DNA of 61,595 nucleotides from a virus: IMG/VR virus record IMGVR_UViG_3300049749_000001, positions 1 to 61,595 of that record; one strand, 5' to 3'. Shown piece by piece: positions 57,073 to 61,595 of this stretch (position 1 is its first letter; each line of letters starts with the position of its first letter). The notes under the pieces were generated by a model. It saw only the letters and a program-made list of their open reading frames with translations, ran no database searches and was not told where the DNA came from. The position numbers and the translations under genes were made by a program.

Positions 57073-60000
57073 ATGCCGCTAGAACCCCTCATACCCGAAC
57101 CCGACGAAGAAGTACGGCGCGACCTGATTCCCCTCCCGAAACCGAGAGACTTCAGCGGCGCACTCGGACAGAAGTACGGTAGCCTCGCCGGCGAACCATC
57201 TTCGCTCGGCGGCGAACCAAGAGAGGGCACGTTCGGCGGGTTCCTGGCCAAGAAGTACGGTGCAACGGAAGCACCGGCACAACCGCAGAAAGCACCGAAG
57301 GAGGACAGCTATGCGGGGCGTGGCTTCAAGGAATCGTTTCAGCAGATACCGCAGCTAGGGCACGGGCTCAAGGCGATTGCGGGCGCCACCATCGAAGGGA
57401 TAGCGGGGGAGGGCGGGCTAGGGTCCGCCATGAAGCGATCAGGCGTGGAGGGGTACCAGAAGGCCGGGGATGAAATTGCCAAGAATGCCAAGCCTACCGA
57501 CTCGTGGAACTACTCGTTTGACAAGGCACAGAAGGACGGCGATACGGACGCCCTGCAAAAGTGGGTGCTTCACGGCATAGGGTACGTTGGCGGGCAGATA
57601 GGCCAAACGCTGCTGACGGCTGGCATAGGCGCCGTTGGCGGAAAATTCGTGGCCAGCGTGGCGGCAAAGCAGATTGCCGAGGGGATGGTAGCGAAAGAGG
57701 CGGCGAAGATTGCGACCTCCGAAGCGGGCAAGAAACTCGCCCGGGATGAAGTGCAGGAATTGGCAACCAAGGCGGTAGCCAAGAAGTTCGCCACCGTAGG
57801 CACGAATGCGGCACTGGCAGGGTCCGCCCTGGGGATGGAAGGCGGCGAGATAGGCGGAGACTTGGCGGCGCAATCGGTAAAGGAAGGGCGCACGCTTACG
57901 GGTTCGGAATTGGGCAAGGCGTTTGCCTCAACCCTGGCAGCGGGCGGACTGGAGTTTGTTGGGGACCGCCTGGGACTGGACATACTGCTAGGCAAATCGC
58001 CCCTGCTTAAACCGGCAGCGAGCGCACCGGGAGTATCGGGGCGGATCCAGCGGGGCGCGATTGCGGGCACCGCGGCGGCGCCTATCGAGGGCGCTACCGA
58101 ATTCGGTCAAACCATGATCGAGGAATACGGCAAGGGCAACGACCCGTTTAGTCCCGAAACCATCCACCATGCAAAGGACGCCGGGGCATTGGGCGTATTG
58201 GGCGGCGGGCTGGCGGGCGGCGTAGGCGGGTTCATGTCACCGCAACAGCAGGAAGCGGAACAGGCGCCACCGAAACAACCGGACCCCCTTGGATTGCCGC
58301 AACTGCCAAACGAGCCGTTTATCGTCTTTCCAGACGGAACGACAGGCACGCGCCGACAAGCCGACGAATACATCAACGGACTGCCACCGGAGCAGCAACC
58401 AGCGGCACGCGCGAAGCTGATGGGACTCGGACCGCAGGACGCGACCATTAACGGCAAACCGGCGCGGCAACAGTCAAACGCAACGCTCAATTACGTGCTC
58501 AAGCGGGGCGGATTGCGGGCACAGGCGGCGGCGGAAGCAGAGCTGAAACGACGCGCAGCGGAAGGCGTGGATCCCGAAGTTGCGGACGCGCCGGAAACCA
58601 CGGCGGAAGCAGTCTCTACAATCATCGCTACAGGCCGCGAGAAGGCCGCAGAGATACACGCGGGCGCAGATGGTACCCAAGTACCGGATGAGCCAACGCC
58701 GGAGCCTGTAGGCACGCTCAACGCGCAGATGGCGGCATTTGCAGAGGGGAGAAAGCCGGGAGTATTGCTGACGCCTGGGGAACCCATGCCTACCAGCTTG
58801 CCACCGGACGCGAAAACGGCGGGGATACCCGGACACGGCACGCTCATCTACCGCGACGATGCAACCCTGCAAGCAGCTCTAAACGGTCAACTCGGTACTG
58901 CCCTGGGCTACGGCATAGACGAGAAACCGAACAGCACGCTCGCAGTGACCGCACGCGATGCGAACGGTACTGTGATCCAGGATGTGCTCACGGACGGCAG
59001 CGAGGACGTGAACAAGGCAGCGGCCACCGTTGCCGGTCCAGATGGGACGGTAGAGGTAAGGCCGGCAGCGGAAGCAATGGCGGAGCGTGAGCAAGCCAAG
59101 GCACCCCGCTTCAAGGTTAACGCCAAGATCAGCCCGGATCACAACCCCATAGAGGAATCATTGCGGGCCAGGGTGGAGGATGCCCTCAACAATCACCCGG
59201 ATTCGTACCACCTCTCTAAAGATGGCTTTATAGGCTTGCCCAAGAAGGAAGGTAACAACGCGGGCGGTTCGTTCAAGGTCGAGGCTGACGGCAGCGTACG
59301 GATGTTCAGGGACAACGGTTTTGGTTTTAACAACACCATGACCAATGCCAGCATAGAAAAGACGCTGAAGCAATGGCTGAAGGACGTTGATGAGAAGAAA
59401 ACATCAGTAAGTCAGGCCAGACTTACGGAGAATGTGAGTAAGTCAGGCCAGACGCCACACGACGAGGACAGGGCGGCACTGGTAGCAAAAGACCCGAACA
59501 CGCAATTCAAGGTCAACAGTATCGTAGCTTTGACCGGCCAGCATGAAATCAGCGAGGACTTGCGCGCAAGGGTTGAGCACGCCCTGAACAATTCGCGTGA
59601 TTCGTACGAGGTTGTCCATGACCGTATAAGGCTGCTTCCGGCTAAAGACAGGTTCGGCGGGCAGGGTGAATTCCTGGTCAAGGAGGACGGAACGGTTTGG
59701 CTTCTCGGGGATGATGACCATCGGTGGGGATCAACCATGAGCCAAGCCAGCGTGAACAAGACGCTCAAGGATTGGCTGAAAGACGTCGACGCAAAGAAGA
59801 GCGCACCACAAAAGCCACAAAAGCCACAAAAGCCTGATACCCCTGATACCCCTGAAACCCTTGGAGTAGACGACAAGGAACTAGCGAAGATCGTCCAGGA
59901 GTTCAACAGCCGCCAGGAGGCGATGTTCGAGGACGAACAGGCAGTAACGAACATATTTGTCGGACCCACGAAAAAGGAAATCGTACGGCTGGCAGACAAG

Positions 60001-61595
60001 GCAAAGGTCTATCACAAGGATCACGGCTGGATGACGCCAGCGGAAGCGAAAGAGCGGATAGCGGAATGGAAGGCTCACGCGCAAGCGCAGGGAAAGGACC
60101 AAGCCATACGCAGCGAGAACAGCCAGAAGGTTGTGCTATCCCTGTTTGACTTGACCGGCGAATGGTCAAAGCCGTGGGAAGAGGCGGGCTATCAGGTCTA
60201 TCGCTTCGATATCCAGAACGACGCCGAAACCGGCGATGTGAATAACTTCTCATCGGAATTCTTCTCTGACTGGTTCGGGGATTTCGAGGGACAGGACATA
60301 TACGCCATTCTTGCCGCGTGCCCGTGCACTGACTTTGCCGGATCCGGGGCGCGTCACTTCGCCGCAAAGGATGATGACGGCCGCACCGTGGCCAGCGTCA
60401 AGCTGGTTCATAAAACCCTTGCAACCATCGAGCACTTCAAGCCCTCCTTATGGGCACTGGAAAACCCGGTAGGCCGCATCGAGAACCTGGGCGGGCTTCC
60501 ACCGTGGCGCCTCTCGTTCGATCCTAACCACCTTGGCGATCCCTACACGAAAAAGACGCTGATATGGGGACGCTTCAACGGCGATCTTCCCGTGGCGCCG
60601 GTAGAGCCGACTGAAGGCTCAAAGATGCACAGCCAATACGGCGGCAAGAGCATTGCCACCAAGAACGCACGCTCTGTCACGCCCGAAGGGTTCAGCTATG
60701 GATTTTTCATGGCGAACAATGCGCACGACCACCGGGCGATGGCGATAGCGAACAAGTACGACAGGCTGGATCCTGCCCTTATCGAGCAAGCAGTCAATGC
60801 GGGCGTGACGGAGCAACAAATCAACGATGCGGTAGAAGATTTCTACTACATGGACCTGGACGATGACGCCGCAAACCAGGCTATCGGGGACTTGATTGCA
60901 TCGCCGCCAGCCAAGGCAAAGCCCAAGCAGTACGACGCCTACAAAAAGGCTATCCAGGATGCCAAGGGCGATATTCCCGCAGGGATGCGCCAGCAGATTG
61001 AAATGGATATCCGGCTTGAAGATGGCGAAGCAGAGAGTTTGCTTCTCATTGCCGACAGCCTGAAGGCCAAAAAGCCCTCTACCGATGTGGCCGTATCGAA
61101 CAAGAAGGAGGAACCAAAGCAAACGCTGGTAGCGGATGACTTCACTTCCGACGAGCTTATATCCCTCTTCGGGCGCTATACCCGGCAACGGCTGGACTTC
61201 TCGACCAGCAAGCAGGACGGCAAAACCCTCGTCAAGCACGACGGCAAGGTGCTTGTGATAACGGATGGTCCCGCAACGTCCAGCAAGGTAGTGGTGGAGT
61301 TAGGCAAAAAGCTGGTTGCCACCCTGCGCAGCGAGGGCAAGACGGTACAGCACGACGTTAACAAAATGTCGCTGGATGAATTCTCAATCGCCTATGCACT
61401 GCAGGGGATACTCAAGGATTTCGAGGTTTCCGGCGAAGAAATCGGCACGGTTATCAAGCCTGGGGTTGGCGGCACACTTACCGTCGACGTGGAAGAGCTC
61501 TACAAGAAGGTAAGGAAACAGGCCGACGAACAGGCGCCTCCCGCGCCAACGGAAGAACCGAACCTGAAAGCCGCAAGGGACTTGCTGGCAGAGCG
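57073..61595 (+). CDS. Giant polyvalent virion/ejection protein, N-terminal part (open to window end; continues at position 3)
   Basis: ATG at 57073 sits directly after the TAA of the upstream gene (TAAATG). I translated the frame by hand to 61595 and found no stop. The ORF track shows no closed frame-1 ORF here. The frame matches position 3 after subtracting 61,468. Confidence 0.9.
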   Translation, partial: MPLEPLIPEPDEEVRRDLIPLPKPRDFSGALGQKYGSLAGEPSSLGGEPREGTFGGFLAKKYGATEAPAQPQKAPKEDSYAGRGFKESFQQIPQLGHGLKAIAGATIEGIAGEGGLGSAMKRSGVEGYQKAGDEIAKNAKPTDSWNYSFDKAQKDGDTDALQKWVLHGIGYVGGQIGQTLLTAGIGAVGGKFVASVAAKQIAEGMVAKEAAKIATSEAGKKLARDEVQELATKAVAKKFATVGTNAALAGSALGMEGGEIGGDLAAQSVKEGRTLTGSELGKAFASTLAAGGLEFVGDRLGLDILLGKSPLLKPAASAPGVSGRIQRGAIAGTAAAPIEGATEFGQTMIEEYGKGNDPFSPETIHHAKDAGALGVLGGGLAGGVGGFMSPQQQEAEQAPPKQPDPLGLPQLPNEPFIVFPDGTTGTRRQADEYINGLPPEQQPAARAKLMGLGPQDATINGKPARQQSNATLNYVLKRGGLRAQAAAEAELKRRAAEGVDPEVADAPETTAEAVSTIIATGREKAAEIHAGADGTQVPDEPTPEPVGTLNAQMAAFAEGRKPGVLLTPGEPMPTSLPPDAKTAGIPGHGTLIYRDDATLQAALNGQLGTALGYGIDEKPNSTLAVTARDANGTVIQDVLTDGSEDVNKAAATVAGPDGTVEVRPAAEAMAEREQAKAPRFKVNAKISPDHNPIEESLRARVEDALNNHPDSYHLSKDGFIGLPKKEGNNAGGSFKVEADGSVRMFRDNGFGFNNTMTNASIEKTLKQWLKDVDEKKTSVSQARLTENVSKSGQTPHDEDRAALVAKDPNTQFKVNSIVALTGQHEISEDLRARVEHALNNSRDSYEVVHDRIRLLPAKDRFGGQGEFLVKEDGTVWLLGDDDHRWGSTMSQASVNKTLKDWLKDVDAKKSAPQKPQKPQKPDTPDTPETLGVDDKELAKIVQEFNSRQEAMFEDEQAVTNIFVGPTKKEIVRLADKAKVYHKDHGWMTPAEAKERIAEWKAHAQAQGKDQAIRSENSQKVVLSLFDLTGEWSKPWEEAGYQVYRFDIQNDAETGDVNNFSSEFFSDWFGDFEGQDIYAILAACPCTDFAGSGARHFAAKDDDGRTVASVKLVHKTLATIEHFKPSLWALENPVGRIENLGGLPPWRLSFDPNHLGDPYTKKTLIWGRFNGDLPVAPVEPTEGSKMHSQYGGKSIATKNARSVTPEGFSYGFFMANNAHDHRAMAIANKYDRLDPALIEQAVNAGVTEQQINDAVEDFYYMDLDDDAANQAIGDLIASPPAKAKPKQYDAYKKAIQDAKGDIPAGMRQQIEMDIRLEDGEAESLLLIADSLKAKKPSTDVAVSNKKEEPKQTLVADDFTSDELISLFGRYTRQRLDFSTSKQDGKTLVKHDGKVLVITDGPATSSKVVVELGKKLVATLRSEGKTVQHDVNKMSLDEFSIAYALQGILKDFEVSGEEIGTVIKPGVGGTLTVDVEELYKKVRKQADEQAPPAPTEEPNLKAARDLLAE
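57540..58230 (+). other. Gly/Ala-rich hydrophobic (glycine-zipper-like) region of the giant protein
   Basis: Segments WVLHGIGYVGGQIGQTLLTAGIGAVGGKFVASVAA, TVGTNAALAGSALGMEGGEIGG, AFASTLAAGGLEFVG and AGALGVLGGGLAGGVGGFM. Confidence 0.5.
59110..59799 (+). repeat. Tandem duplication of a roughly 97-aa module inside the giant protein (period 396 nt)
   Basis: Copy 1 is FKVNAKIS..SLRARVEDALNNHPDSY..GGSFKVEADGSVRMF..MTNASIEKTLKQWLKDVDEKK. Copy 2 is FKVNSIVA..DLRARVEHALNNSRDSY..QGEFLVKEDGTVWLL..MSQASVNKTLKDWLKDVDAKK. Confidence 0.85.
59806..59859 (+). repeat. In-frame 9-nt microrepeats (CCACAAAAG x3, then CCTGATACC x2 plus CCTGAAACC)
   Basis: Encodes PQKPQKPQKPDTPDTPET, a linker between the duplicated modules and the C5-MTase-like domain. 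Confidence 0.9.
60124..60720 (+). other. DNA cytosine-C5 methyltransferase-like domain of the giant protein
   Basis: VLSLFDLTGEWSKPWEEAGYQV resembles motif I. ACPCTDFAGSG resembles the motif IV PC-x-x-F. ALENPVG resembles the motif VI ENV. The downstream blocks KKTLIWG and RSVTPEGFSYGF are also present. Confidence 0.6.
61469..61595. repeat. Terminal direct repeat, second copy of 1-127
   Basis: Exact 127-nt match to the window start. Confidence 0.95.

Noticed and set aside
1-61595. Chromosomal prophage with an integrase and attachment sites
   Set aside because: No tyrosine integrase or large serine integrase ORF was found, and no tRNA-like att target. The window closes on itself and carries a complete plasmid replication/partition/addiction set.

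Overview
The window is a complete, circularly permuted replicon of 61,468 bp: the first 127 nt are identical to the last 127 nt. It reads as a temperate, tailed phage with podovirus-like virion genes that also carries a full plasmid-maintenance set, so it looks like a phage-plasmid.

Plus-strand layout:
- 28.6-33.3 kb: cro-like gene, DNA methyltransferase, replication and nuclease genes.
- 34.2-57.1 kb: one long late operon. It holds a spanin-like pair, TerS, TerL, portal, scaffold, major capsid, head/tail accessory genes, a beta-helix tailspike with an S74 chaperone, a collar-type fibre, an embedded lysis cassette with a SAR-type GH24 endolysin, further tail proteins, a GNAT and two internal-virion proteins.
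- 57,073 onward: a single ORF that runs off the window end and continues in frame from position 3 to 13,238. On the circle this is about 5,877 aa. It is a polyvalent protein containing a Gly-rich hydrophobic region, a C5-MTase-like domain, an N6A-MTase, an SNF2-type helicase, a zincin-like motif and an ART-like module.

Minus-strand layout (28.5 down to 13.3 kb):
- A lambda-style immunity cassette: a CI-like repressor plus a secreted-protein moron, flanked by mirrored near-identical promoter/operator units.
- RecT and a YqaJ-type exonuclease.
- ParA with an RHH partner, and TrfA with a six-iteron oriV that has DnaA boxes.
- Many small unknown genes, a serine recombinase and a ParDE toxin-antitoxin pair.

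A three-gene opposite-strand island at 33.3-34.1 kb has anti-defence (acr-aca-like) architecture. No rRNA, tRNA, CRISPR array, reverse transcriptase or transposase-bounded IS was seen.

All calls come from reading the translations and the sequence by eye. No database search or computation was run. Several start codons were moved from the ORF-track maxima using RBS and overlap logic, and those choices are less certain than the ORFs themselves.
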